Source: Octopus vulgaris (lineage: Eukaryota). Taken from it: 64,000 nt of DNA. The notes beneath the pieces were generated by a model. That model had not been told where the DNA came from. It worked only from the letters and a program-made list of their open reading frames with translations, and searched no databases. The position numbers were made by a program, and so were the translations under genes. Below, one piece after another: positions 13,456 through 26,815 of this stretch (positions are counted from its first letter, which is position 1; each line of letters starts with the position of its first letter). The DNA lies in the NCBI GenBank assembly GCA_951406725.2, contig OX597821.1:65224001-65288000 (forward strand), read 5' to 3'.

Positions 13456-14222
13456 TGGTGGTTGTCTACTCCTTATGCAGAGTTTGACCACCTCTTGTAC
13501 TTACACCTTAGAAACATCATGGCACCTGTTGTGGCTTTTTAAACCAGACAATATTCTGAAAAGACACCCACATAGATAGCACATCCGATTTGAACCACCA
13601 AGAGCTGTAGATAAGTTCTGAACTTTGTGGATCTTAAAATGTCTTTTGAGGCCTCCGTTAGATTTGCAAACGTTCTGGCATACACAGTATTCAAAGGTGT
13701 GCACAGACATGTAAGCAGAAAATTTGGTGAAGGTTCGTATTCCATGGGTTCGCAAATGAGATTTGAGCCCAGCAAAAGAAAGGCATGGTCTATCACAAAC
13801 TGTGCACACAAAAAGGTCATTGTCATTCACCTTCTCAATCGTAGCATTCTCTCTTAGATCTCTTTCGAGTCTTACATGCGTTATCCTGGTCTCTTCAACT
13901 TCACACTTTTGATCGCCATCCAGCTCGATCCGAAGCAAGGGTTTCTTTGTCTTCTGGATCCATTCCAAGTGACTTCATAGTAGTCCTTATGCCGTCCTTA
14001 AATCTCTTTTTAGGTTTACACCGATAGCGTTTCCCTTCTGCAAGCTCACCATAAAACAGCTGTTTTGGCATTCGAACACTTGGTTCTTCAAAATCATAGC
14101 TTTAATTGAGCTGATGCATGCAGATGCAGAGACAACTGTGTTTGGGGTAAAAAGAACTCCATTTAATGTTTAAAATGCGATGAAGGTATTTTTAGTAGAA
14201 GTTTTCTAAGAATTTAAAATGT
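13456..14222 (-). mobile_element. 3' fragment of RTE-BovB-like LINE ending in three C2H2 zinc fingers
   Basis: RILNIKW and RMPKQLFYGELAEGKRYRCKPKKRFKD (RTE thumb/C-terminus), then CTVC-x12-H-x3-H, CVC-x12-H-x3-H and CYLC-x12-H-x3-H; frameshifts and stops. Confidence 0.85.
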
Positions 14223-14254
14223 CTTTCATAACAAGTCCATACACACATACATAC

Positions 14255-14810
14255 ATAAAATGTAAGTACAACATACCTGATATAATGATTTGCGATAGAG
14301 AAGAGAAACTGTGCACAGTTGTGGGAATTAGCTTCCCAGTAGATGTTAACATAAAGCTGAAAATCTGTGACAAAGAGAACACCTACGGTGAACTACTGAG
14401 AAATCTGCAGTTACTTTATCCATAATTTACCTGTAATTATTGCAGTCCTGGGATATGTAACACACTACCTAAATAACAATCTTAAGAAATTAGGCTTCTC
14501 AAAACTAGAAAGGAGAAAGCTAATTCGAAGACTACTGATCGAATCCATCACTGGAACTGTAAAAAAAAAATCTGTAAAACTTTCTAGAAGTTTATCCTTT
14601 ACATATATATGAGCATGTCTAGATATGCAACTATATTAATGAGAGTGCATACATATATCAAGATATATAAATCTGATCATGTACATATATACATACATAT
14701 AAACAAAAATACCTTGATGTTGATGTTGAAATTCCAATGAAACAGCTTTGAATTTAGGCTAGAAAACTGCTCTTTATTGGCAAGAAATCTTGAAATAAAA
14801 CTGAACAATA
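14255..14810 (+). mobile_element. 3' end of Dong/R4-like LINE (restriction-like endonuclease plus 3'UTR)
   Basis: KCKYNIPDIMICDREEKLCTVVGISFPVDVNIKLKICDKENTY is a degenerate PD-(D/E)xK RLE; AATAAA then (CATA)n tail. Confidence 0.85.
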
Positions 14811-14845
14811 ACATACATACATACATACATACATACATACATACA

Positions 14846-14874
<29 letters not shown>

Positions 14875-14876
<2 letters not shown>

Positions 14877-16348
14877 TTGAAAATTAAAGAAAAGAGGATA
14901 TCTATTGATAACTGCTTCGAAAACTTCAGCTTCTATATCCAGACTATGAATTTATATTCATACCAATAATAATTGGAGCACTAGGTTTTGTTAGTAATTG
15001 CTTAAAGGAGAATTTGGATAAACTGGGATTTTCAGAAATAGAAATCGACCGGCTAGTTCGAACTGCAAAAATCAAGTGGTTTCATGCTAGGATCTTCAAC
15101 TGCTAGAAATATCATCAATGTAACCCATAATTTCTTTGTAGACGACCTGAAGATTTATGCTAAAAGTGTTAACAATGCCAAAAAAGAACTGCAATTAATA
15201 ACATTTTCAGCTGATATAGGTATCGAATTTGGTCAAAAGAAATGTTCATAGAACGAGGTAAGTCAGTCTCCCAAACCCAAAACCTGTGCATCAATGGTCT
15301 CTCTCTATCTCTCCCATTCCACACAAAGAATGTTACAAGTACCTAGGCATAGACGAAAATGAATCGAAAATGTGAATTAAGACAGAGTGACCCGAAAATA
15401 TTACACCAGACTTAGGAAAACATGGCAGTCGGAACTCTCTTTTTGACAACAATGCATTTGCAATACCAGTACTAATCCCTAAATTTGGGATACCTGGTTG
15501 GTCTGTAGAGGAAATCCACTCCGTAGATATAAAAACCCGCAAAATCCTGACAAGAACTGGAAACTTCCACAGAACTATTGATGTTGACAGGCTCTACCTA
15601 ACAAGAAATGAAGGTGGTAGAGGCTTGAGATCAGTGCAGACGGCCTTCGAATGCCGTATAGTATCACTCAGGCAACACCTGCTAAACAACAGCAGCAAAA
15701 ATAAATATATTAAAGTAGTTCTGAAAAGTGAAGTGAGTAACATTGTACGAGCTGGCGCTGAACTCCTCAAGAAACACTCTTTTCCTGATGATCTCTTATA
15801 CAGCCCCAAAACAGCTGGGCTCTCTTACCTTAGAGAAGGCCTGGATGAAAAGCATTCAGCATACAAAAATAAAGACCATGCATGGGTATGTTACGCTGAA
15901 TCTTGAAGAAGACAGTAGAACTGACACGAAGTGCAGCTTATCTTGGGTAGGAGATCTCTACATCACATCACACTGTGAAGGCTATGCGTTTGCAATCCAG
16001 GAAAATGAGATTGCCACAAAGTATATCATGAACAGGAGAGACAGTAATGCTCTTGTAATACCAAGGTGAAACCGCATAGGTAGGCTACGTCATGTTTCTG
16101 TGAAAGACATTACACGTGATTAGCAGCTGTCCTAAAATGTCGTCACGGTACTACTTCCCTATGCGGCACGATGTTGTTGCTAAAACAATTTACAATGCCA
16201 TCCGCAAAAAAGACTGTCCGGAAATAAACTTAGAAAATCCCTCTGTTATGGAATACATTCATAAACACCAACTCAAGAAATACTGGTGAAATATTCCCAT
16301 TAAAACTTCTGTCAAATGCAAGCGTAACAGGTCAGATATTGTTCTTTG
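14875..16348 (+). mobile_element. Rearranged Dong/R4-like LINE remnant (RLE tail piece, then RT, CCHC knuckle and RLE start)
   Basis: LQLLYPDYEFIFIPIIIGALG; FVDDLKIYAK (RT motif 5); YKYLG; RLYLTRNEGGRGL; ISSCPKMSSRYY.PMRHDVVAK; truncated by a SINE at 16349. Confidence 0.9.
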
Positions 16349-16688
16349 GACCCCGAAAGGATGAAAGGTAAAGTCAACCTCGGCGGAATTTGAACACATA
16401 ATGTAAAGGCAGACGAAATACCGCGAAGCATTTCGCCCAGCATGCTAACGTTTCTTATTTCTTTATTGACCACAAGGGGCTGAACATAGAGGGGACAAAC
16501 AAGGACAGACAAACGGATTAAGTCGATTACATCGACCCCAGTGCGTAACTGGTACTTGATTTATCAACCCCAAAACGATGAAAGGCAAAGTCGACCCAAG
16601 TGGAATTTGAACTCAGAACGTAAAGGTAGACGAAATACCGCGAAGCATTTCGCCCGGCGTGCTAACGATTCTGCCAGCTCGCCGCCTT
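16349..16688 (-). mobile_element. Dimer of SINE S1
   Basis: Two units joined at AACGTTTCTTATTTCTTT (about 16447-16464). Confidence 0.85.
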
Positions 16689-16733
16689 TGGACTGTCGAA
16701 TAATGGTGATGACGGCGAAAACGAGGGCGATGG

Positions 16734-16815
16734 TGAAGAAGAAGAAGAAGAAGAAGAAGAAGAAGAAGAAGAAGAAGAAGAAGAAGAAGAAGAAGAAGAA
16801 GAAGAAGAAGAAGAA

Positions 16816-16865
<50 letters not shown>
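16734..16865. repeat. Compound (GAA)n(GAT)n microsatellite
   Basis: Perfect trinucleotide runs with an in-register switch. Confidence 0.95.
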
Positions 16866-17503
16866 CAAAGACGATCATAAAGGATAACAACAGTGATGCT
16901 AGAAGTGGTGGCGATTGAGGTAGTAGCGGCTATGGTGGTAGTTGTGGTGGTGATTGAGGCAGTTGCTTTGGTCGTGGCCGATGTCATAATGCAGTTGGTG
17001 AGGGTGGTCGTGATGGTGATGCTGCTGATGACGATCATTGTAGTGGTGTTAGTAGTGGTGGTGGTGGTGGTTGTGGTGGTTATGGTGGTGGTGATCGTCG
17101 AGGTGGTGGTGGTGGTCGTCGTGGTGATGGTGATGATGATGATGACGACACCGACGACGTTAGCGTTGGCGTTGGCAATTACGTTGATAATCCTGTCATT
17201 AAACACAGAACTAAACAAAACGCCTCGTTACATGTTTCTCTTCCTTGTCATCTTTCTCCCCACCATTCCTGCCCCTCACTCTTTCCTCCCAGCCTCCCAG
17301 CCACCACCTTTCTCTTTCTTCCATCTTTTACCTTTTGATTAGTTAAATTTACATCATCCGTACTTTCCCTCAACTTCCTTCAGATTCTCTGGTCAACTCA
17401 CCCAGCCACGCCTATTATAACGCTCTCTACCTCTCTCTCTCTCTCTCTCACACACTCACACACTATATTTATATATATGCATATCTATCTATTTATCTAT
17501 CTT

Positions 17504-17547
<44 letters not shown>

Positions 17548-17626
17548 CATATCTATCTATTTATCTATCTTTATCTACTATCTATATATATATATATATA
17601 TATATATGCTATATCTATATCTATCT

Positions 17627-17711
<85 letters not shown>

Positions 17712-19879
17712 ATCTATCTATCTGTCTATCTATCTATCTATCTATCTGTCTATCTATCTATCTATCTATCTATCTACCTGCCTGTCTATCTATCAATTTA
17801 TTTAGTCTTCCTTCTTACTCTACATAACCACATTTTCCCAATTTCACACATACACCGCTCGATGTTTATTAAAACGCCCTTCCACCTCATCTCTCTCTCA
17901 AAATTTTCTTCCTTTAATTATCTTTCATTTCATCACCTCAATTCTCTCTCTCTCTCCATCTCTCTCTCCCACTTTCTCTCCCGCACACACACTTTCTTTC
18001 TCTCTCTGTCTTTCCCTTGAAATTCCCTTTTTCCTTACATACCTCTCATTAAATAAATGCCCTTGACTTTCCCTCTCTCTCCCTTTCTCTCTCTCTTGCT
18101 CGCTCTTTCTTTCTCTCTTGCCTTTTCCATTTTCATGCGTCTTTCGTCATTTGTCTCCCTATTTTGCTCTTCTTTCCTCTCTCTCTCTCTCTCTCTCTTA
18201 CAACCCTTTTAATATTCTCTTTCTCTCTTGTTTCTCTCCAGTTTTTGAGGCATCTCCTTTAATTCTCTGTCACTCTCTCTCTCTCTTTCTACCGCTCTCC
18301 CCCTCCCTCTCCCTGTCACTCTCACCCTTACTCTCCGCCTCACTCTATGTCTTCTTTTTCATTCTTTCCTGCTACACCCACCTTTTATCCGTTTCTCTAT
18401 ATCCCCATCTACACTATTTCAACCAACACTCTCTCATCACCATACCATCATCACTCTTTACTCCACCACCAATCACCACCGCTGCCGCTGCCGCCACCAC
18501 CGCCGATTATTCTTCGTTCTTCTCTTTCCACTCTGTCAGTCTTTCTCTCCTTCTTTTCTCTCACTCCTCTCCATCGGGCTTCCACTTACCCAACAACACT
18601 CAATTCTCAATACACAACAAAACCAAAACCAAATTTTCATCCCTCTTCTGTACTTGTCCATTAAAAAGAAAGATAAAAACTTCTCTTTATGTCTTCCCCA
18701 TTTCAACAGAATCGTTGGCTTCAAATCAATTTCCTAATTTCTGCTCTCTTCTGAAACACTGATTCTATATTTATGAGATAATGTAGCTTGTGAGTTATTA
18801 GGAATTAATATTTTTCCACTTTATAGTCTTGTATCTGCTGTGTTTGGTGAAGAATCACATTATGTTTTGCTGCCTAAAAGCCATACATAACCGTTATATC
18901 TGCCGATTCTTTTATTGCATCAACTCGAATCAAAATTCGTTTCACGAAGTTTTACTCGTTCTGGCGTATGGCTGCTTTCTGCTTCGTTGTTATCAATATG
19001 AAATATGAAGACACCACCACCACCACCACCACCACCACCACCATCACCACTACCACGATCACCGCCGCCGATGCCACCAGCAGCACCAGCAGTGCAACCC
19101 CGCCCCCGCCTCCGCTCAGCTCTCTCATTACTGTATTCACCTGACATCAGAATCAGAACGGCAAAAGTACTCCTATCATATCTAACATCACACATGCGCA
19201 CGATCGCACACACACACATATACATACGTAAATATAAACACACTACGCGCGCATAAAGATAGATATAAATGTGTATGTATATATGTGTGTGTGTGTGTGT
19301 GTGTGTATTCACAGATGCACTTATTCACATATATACACACATACATACATACATACATACATACATACACACACATACATACATACATACATACATACAT
19401 ACATACATACATACATACATACATACACACACACACATACATACATACATAAATACATACACACATACATACATACATACATACATACATACATACATAC
19501 ATACATACATACATACATACACACATACATACATATGTATATACACATACACACACATTCTCATTCTTGCAATTTCTCTGATAACAAAAATTGTTGATAC
19601 CGCCTTTAATATCGATAAGCCGTCCACCACCTCTATGACAACCACCAACATTATCACTAACACCACCACCAGCATCGCCTCCACCACTACAACCACCTCC
19701 ACCACCTTTTGCACTACCAATATCTTCAGCTCAGACAATACCATTATTAACACTTCAATCGATCTATTCCACTATCAATACCATCAATATTAATATAAGT
19801 ATCACTGGCGCCACCTCCACCATCATCATAGTCTCCACTTCACACCAATGGACTCCCACCAATGAAGAAACATCTAGGC

Positions 19880-20224
19880 CACTGGTTCTCGACCAGATTC
19901 CATATAGCTCCTTAGGGTCCATATAAATTTTTTGGGCGGTGGTGGTGGTGGGGGGGGGGGTCGATAAATATTTTGTAAATTAGGGATCCATGATAGCATT
20001 TTAAGAGCTCATGAAAAAATTTTGCATTCCATGTTTGTATTGGTACGTATAGCAAGAAACACCTGAGATGTTTTTTTTTTTTTTTCTGTAATATTTAACA
20101 AAATAGGAATTTTGAAAGAAGTTTCTATAAAACTAGGTTTTAAACAACGTACGGCTATGAGGGTTCTTCTCAATAAAATAGTAATCAAAGGGGTTCATAG
20201 GTAAAATATGTTTGAGGACCCCTG
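19880..20224. mobile_element. hAT (Charlie-like) MITE
   Basis: Imperfect TIRs CACTGGTTCTC / GAGGACCCCTG; TCTAGGC on both flanks, resembling the Charlie NTCTAGAN target. Confidence 0.65.
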
Positions 20225-20242
20225 TCTAGGCAGTGAAATGGA

Positions 20243-20577
20243 CCTCTTTTACTCTTTTACTCCTTTACTTGTTTCAGTCATTTGACTGCGGCCATGCTGG
20301 AGCACCGCCTTTAGTCGAGGAAATCGGCCCAGTACTTATTCTTTGTAAGCCTAGTACTTATTCTATCGGTCTCTTTTTGCCGAACCGCACAACATCGCTT
20401 GACAACCGATACTAGTGTGTTTACGCCCCCGTATCTAAGCGGTTCGACAAAAGAGATCGATAGAATAAGTACTAAGCTTAGAAAGAATAAGACCTGGAGT
20501 CGATTTGCTCGACTAAAGGCAGTGCTCCAGCATGGCCACAGTCAAATGACTGAAACAAGTAAAAGAGTGGAAAGTAA
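20243..20577. mobile_element. Two 3' halves of SINE S2 joined back-to-back (inverted repeat)
   Basis: 20243-20388 (minus) and 20389-20577 (plus) share about 140 bp in inverted orientation. Confidence 0.85.
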
Positions 20578-22098
20578 GATAAAAAGAAATTCCACGAAAA
20601 TCCCGGAAAACTTCTAAGATGTCACTGACAGAAATATCCGCTAAAAATCAGCGAAACCAATCACTGACTTCCGATGTAAACAATAGGACCACATATTTGG
20701 TGATATTGTTTTAAATGCATTTTGTCTTATAAGAATCTACAACAAAGATGTAGGAGATGGAATGATAAGCCTTTGATCGCAGATTTGATCAACCATTCCC
20801 AAAACAAAAATAGCAGCCGTCGCCACAACGACATTACTTCCATTAATTACCGTTACTTAGTTCCATTAACCATTTATATTTTCGCCTTTACTGGCCTCGT
20901 AATGCTACTTTATGTTGATGTTAAATTGGCAATCAAGAGCATTTGGCCTAGAAGTTAAGGTGTTGTAATTACGATCACGATATTATGAGCTCAGTTCCTG
21001 GACTGGGTAGTCCGTTCTGTTCTTGCAAAACATACTTCCTCTCGCATTGTCCTGCGCTCAATTCGACATCTCACACGTGGTACACCATTTACGTGTTCAG
21101 GCAATGTCGTTTTGATGGTGGAAGTGAGTTAATGTGCAACACCACCTCCGCAGATTGTTCAGCAGGAAACTGCTGAACCGTCTTTCTCGGATTACGAGGG
21201 ACTTCCATCAAAAATCAAATAATAGCAAATGAGGCATATGCGAGAGAGTACAAAATAAAGATGGCGTGACGCTCTCAACAATGACTTCTTCAGGAATCGT
21301 AGTATCAATTTTCCTCCCTTTCTATCTTTTTTTCGCGAGGGTCAAATATGCAAAATATGTTGTCAGCCTACTCATGCTTTCCTGTTTCCCGGATCGACAA
21401 CTACGGAATAAACTAAGGGAAAAATATTAGTATCTTAATACCACCAGTGTCTTCTGCTTTAAGTTAAACCCAACATGTGTGTAATAAACCACAAAAAAAA
21501 ATTCGTTTACCGGCAACATCACAATATGAACGTTGAGACAGATTGCCAGCGGTATATTGCACTTGAGAAAACTATCGTTAAGCATCCTTGCAGAAGTGAT
21601 TGCGATGAGTTTATATACATACAATTTTATTTATTTGTCTCCAGTTCATGGTGTTGCAAATTGATCTAACAAACATATTTTTGAAACGATCTAACAAAAG
21701 TTGTAAATTTGTTTCCTTGAAACATTATAGCCATTGTAACTCCTCTTCTAAGATATCTTACAGCGTACACGCTGCTCGTATACAATCCGCCAGATACGAG
21801 TATTTAGATGAACATGAATTGGTCCCAAGACACAGCTTAATACGTCTCTGATATGTAGCTACAGTTCATAAGAACAAGACAGATGAAAGTATCATTAATA
21901 CAACCAAACAATACATAAAGAAAACCGCTAATATATAATAGTGAATTCGTCTACAAGTGTTTGTCACGAAACAGCCAGACTTTTTCATTTTCTTTTTACT
22001 GTTAACAAAAGGATACGGTAATATACTTACTTCTAAAGTGTACAATGGTGTCTGTGTGTGTGTGTTAGAATGTATAGTAATGTATATGTGCTTGTGTC

Positions 22099-22148
<50 letters not shown>

Positions 22149-22156
22149 TATAGATA

Positions 22157-22241
<85 letters not shown>

Positions 22242-22337
22242 TATATTAATTTTATATATGTGTGTGTGTGTAATTGTATATATATATATATATATATAAA
22301 TATATTGGGTTATATTAATTTTATATATGTGTGTGTA

Positions 22338-22392
<55 letters not shown>

Positions 22393-22393
22393 G

Positions 22394-22441
<48 letters not shown>

Positions 22442-22620
22442 CTCATTTATGTGTATATATATATATGTAATGTATGTATGCACAAAAACAGACACTCATA
22501 TATACATATATATTTATAAATAAATATATGTACGTTCGTTTCTTGATCTTTGCGACTGAGTGCGTGTTCGCGTGTGCACATACACACACACACGTACACA
22601 CTTGCATACATACATACATA

Positions 22621-22734
<114 letters not shown>

Positions 22735-23639
22735 TATACATAATTCTGCTGATATCCGTATGTGTACGAGCGGGGTGCGATGGAGAAACTATCTAAAGTT
22801 ACATAAAGGAAAAAATGAACTCATTCAAGTTATATTGTAGAGAAAATAAATAATTCCGGAAGTGCTATAATAGCCATAGTGTTTATACGCTAACGCATGC
22901 CAGACGGTGACTGTGCAAGGCGAGAGGACAGTAGTATAAGGTGTCATTTACTGCTGGCTAAGTAATTAAAGCCTAATCTTAAAAAAAGAAAGAAGTCCTA
23001 ACCTACAAACAGTGAATCCGGAAAGATGTAATTTCCAAGTCTACTGATCTGATATCTTAACAAAAGCTTCACTAATAAAATTTAACAAAATGTTTCAGCA
23101 TTAAAGACATTTTGAACTACGCCATTTTGTTTCATCTTTTCATTGCCTTTTTCTTTCTTTTTTCTTCTCTTTGTATATCCATATGTCTGGTTTTTATGGG
23201 GGTCAGCTATACATAACATTATGACGTGATGATCTTACAGTCTCAAGCCAAAAGAAAAGCCTCTTGATATGATAGATTAATTTGTTAGATATAGCAACCA
23301 AGTCTCTTCAGAATTACTCTTACGGTGTTGCATAAAAAAAACGATATGTTCGATAATGCGTATCTGGGTTCCTTGCACGTTTGTAAAAATTGAGCAATTA
23401 TCGTGTCTAGATTGACCTGAAGCTAAACAATGGCAACAACTATCTTCCAGCATCGAACCAGTGGAGCCCGATCTATCAAAGTGATCTTCAGACCTATTAG
23501 TGATGTCGACCAAATCTACCTCGAATTATGCTAACTACTGTCTTAGAAAAGATTATTTCTGCACTTTACATTCTGAGTTTAAATGCCACCGATGTTGACG
23601 TTACTTTTTTATCATTTTCGAGTCGATAAATAAATACCT

Positions 23640-23952
23640 GTAGTAAAAATTATTTGCCAACATAACATGGCAGTCCTGGTTTAGGACTAATATTGATGTA
23701 ATTTAGTCCCAGGAGACATCGTCTCCAGCTGGCTATACGACACGATCTGTATCCTTATATTTTCGACCAAGAGAATCTAGCATCCCCACTCAGCTCCAAA
23801 ACAATAACTGTGTATCGCGATTTCTGGGTTATTTCTCTTCATCAGCACAGAATAATTTTTCGGCTGGAGACGACGTCTCCTGGGACTAAATCACAGTTAC
23901 ATTAGTCCTAAACCAGGGCTGCCATGTTATGTTGGCAAACAATCTTTACTAC
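23640..23952 (-). mobile_element. 313-bp fold-back element with 90-bp inverted arms and an internal hammerhead motif
   Basis: Arms 23640-23729 and 23863-23952, about 9 mismatches by eye; interrupts an S1 SINE; no TSD seen. Confidence 0.85.
23808..23850 (-). ncRNA. Minimal type I hammerhead ribozyme motif
   Basis: CTGTG-CTGATGA-[AGAGAAATAACCCA]-GAAA-TCGCGA-TA-CACAG: intact core, 5-bp stem I, palindromic stem III, weakened stem II. Confidence 0.85.
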
Positions 23953-25761
23953 AAAGTACTGTTGTTGAATATCTCACGTTGTGAGATTTAAAAATAGTAA
24001 TTTTCTAAAATAAATACCTGTTGAGCACTAGTGACGACGTAATTTATTTCCCCTCCTTTCCAAATTGATGGCATTGCACCAGAATGAAAAATATTTATGA
24101 TGAGATAAACAATACGATGGTTGCAGAAAAAATACATTTGATCGTATGTTACGAAGGTACTAATTAATAATAGACCCAATAAATCCTGTAATAAGTTGCT
24201 GATAAACTGACACTGATAACAAACTAAAATCTGAATCACGGACGAATACATTGTAAGATCCTTAGGATACTTTAACCGAAAAATTAGATGAAAGACAATA
24301 GAAACACTTAAAACTGGACCATGACTCATTCTACACAATGAACCATAAGGACCACAACCGAAGATAAGATCGAAATAGGGAAAAACATACACAATTAAAC
24401 GAAATTTATCAACAGCTACATAAATATCAAAATAAGAATGGAATATAAGTAAATTAATATAGGTTCTGATGTGGTAGAGCGGTAAGATATTTGCTTCCCA
24501 ATCACATGGATCCGGGTCCAGCCTAATTGCGTAACATTTTGGCTCTCTTCCACTATAGCCTCTGGCCGACCCTGCAATAATAGCGGTTCGGCAAGAGAGC
24601 CTGATACAATAAGGACCAAGTTTAGCAACAAAAGAAAGTAAAAATTAAGTACTGAAGTCGATACATTCAACTAAAAATACTTCAAGTTGGTGTCCCAGCA
24701 TGGCCGTAGTCAAGTGACTAAAACAAGTAAAAGTTCAAAGACGTCAACCCCAGTCCAGCAACTCTACTGAAAATCAATGTCGCTGATAACAACATCGATC
24801 TTACAACAATAAAACTTACTTAATGTATCTTCCTTGAGCCCGCACGTCGATGATCTCTGGTAACTTCAATAAAAGGTGAGAGCTTCAGTGATCGGTTTGG
24901 GAGGTGTGTTGCAAGAAAGTTGTATCGAGGAAGTTTTACTAACTTCAGAGATCTAATCAAAATCATTCTGTTTCGCATATCGGTGATCAATGAAAACTGT
25001 GACGTTTGATTATGACGGCATGTCAACGGCGTACACATGTGAGAACCGGAGAAAACGGCTCTTTTCGTATGTCCATGCATGCGAAAATACAACGGAAATG
25101 TCCGTATATTTCACTGTCACAGACGCAATATAATGTACGACTTCTGTTTATTGTTCCAAGAATCTTTCGTCAGTTCAGCCAAAACAAAACGACTGAGACA
25201 AACGTGTCCCAAATTTGTTACGTTAGAGAAATTCTTCGGATAATTTCGATGTTACAAGAACCCTCGACATGAAACTTATACATTGATCTTTCTCTTTTCT
25301 TAAATAGTAAAGAGTATTTAAAATGTTTGGCATAAATTTAATCTAGCCTAAGACCGTGTTTCGATCAAATTTCCTTAAAATTCCATATACAGTAGTTATT
25401 TTCGCGTAGGTTGAATTTATTATCTACAGTTACAAGTATTTCTGTAGCTTGGGAAATATTCTGATAAATGAATTTAAAATGCATTCGCAGGTTTATATAT
25501 TAATATATACATACACGTATTTATACATGTGCATGTGTAGGCGTATATGTACATGTGCCATACATACATATATACATACATACATACATACATAAATACA
25601 AACATACATACATAAGTACGTACATACATACATACATACATACATACATACATACATACATACATACATGCATACATACATACATACATGGATACATACA
25701 TATATACATACATACATACATACATACATACATACATACATACATACATACATACATACAT

Positions 25762-25960
25762 GTTTGTTCCTTCTCGAGCAATGCCTGGCTCATAGGGCCG
25801 GTTTCCCGGTTTCCTTGGCGTATAGGTTCCCCACCTGGACAGGACGCCGATCCGTCGCAGGTGAGCTGCAAGATGCAGGAGGGATGCGTGAGAGAAAGTT
25901 GTGCCAAAGAGTCAGCAGAAATTCGCTCATAAACACACACATCTGAGATTCGAACTGCGA
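25762..25960 (-). mobile_element. SINE S3 (body A, tail X), internally deleted
   Basis: Matches 27678-27977 and 42547-42860. Confidence 0.8.
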
Positions 25961-26055
25961 TCTCTCATTTAACATCCTACTACTACCCACATAAGTAAAC
26001 AAGAGATACAGAGACAAGCAGAAACAAGGAAAATGCCCCTTGTATTTGAATACGG

Positions 26056-26176
<121 letters not shown>

Positions 26177-26575
26177 ATAGAGAAAGTAAGAGAGAAAAAG
26201 AGAAAGAAAGAGAGAAAAAGAGAAAGAAAGAGAGAAAAAGAGAAAGAAAAAAGAAAGAAAGGAGGAAGGAAAGAAAGAAGGAAAGTAATAGTTAAGGAAA
26301 GGGGACCATGCTGTGAGAAACTTTTAGATATTTCTTGTAAAGAATGCATTGCTGTAAGAAATTGGTAAATATCTAAGAAATACGGTCATCGTCTGTGACC
26401 ATATTCAAGAAATGCTTATATAAACCACGGCGGAATGAGAACGCAAAACCTAACAAGCTGGCATATGTACCGCAACGCATTCCCCCCACCCCCACCACCA
26501 CCATATTCTAACGCAATATATTGGACAAGCACTTTATGGTATCGATCCTAGAAAGATTTTTTAAAAAATGAAAAA

Positions 26576-26815
26576 ATGTTCCTTCTCGAGCCATGCCTGG
26601 CTCATAAGGGCCGGTTTCCCAGTTTCAGTGGTGTAGAAATTCCCCACCCAAACGGGACGCCGGTCCATCGAAGGATTACTCATTTTTGCCAGCTGAGTGG
26701 ACTGGAGCAACGTTAAAATTAAGTGTTTTGCTCAAGAGACACAAGGCATCGCCCGGTCCAGGAATCGAAACCACAACATTGCTATGAGTTCAACACCCTA
26801 ACGACTAAGCCACGA
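26576..26815 (-). mobile_element. SINE S3 (CORE-like body B, tail X)
   Basis: tRNA-like head, TTGAGCAAAACACTT...GCTCCAGTCCACTCAGCTGGCAAAAATGAG, then tail X. Confidence 0.8.

Noticed and set aside
13501-13968. Host C2H2 zinc-finger gene
   Set aside because: Contiguous with RTE LINE motifs, frameshifted, lacks TGEKP linkers and ends in a microsatellite tail
16541-17342. Poly-K/M/T/V ORFs; also Thr-rich ORFs at about 35000 and 46600
   Set aside because: Trinucleotide low-complexity tracts open in several frames on both strands, with no domain or splice support
24830-25030. Possible ancient Tc1 transposase C-terminus (PAR..DL, CVARKLYRG)
   Set aside because: Similarity too weak to support by eye
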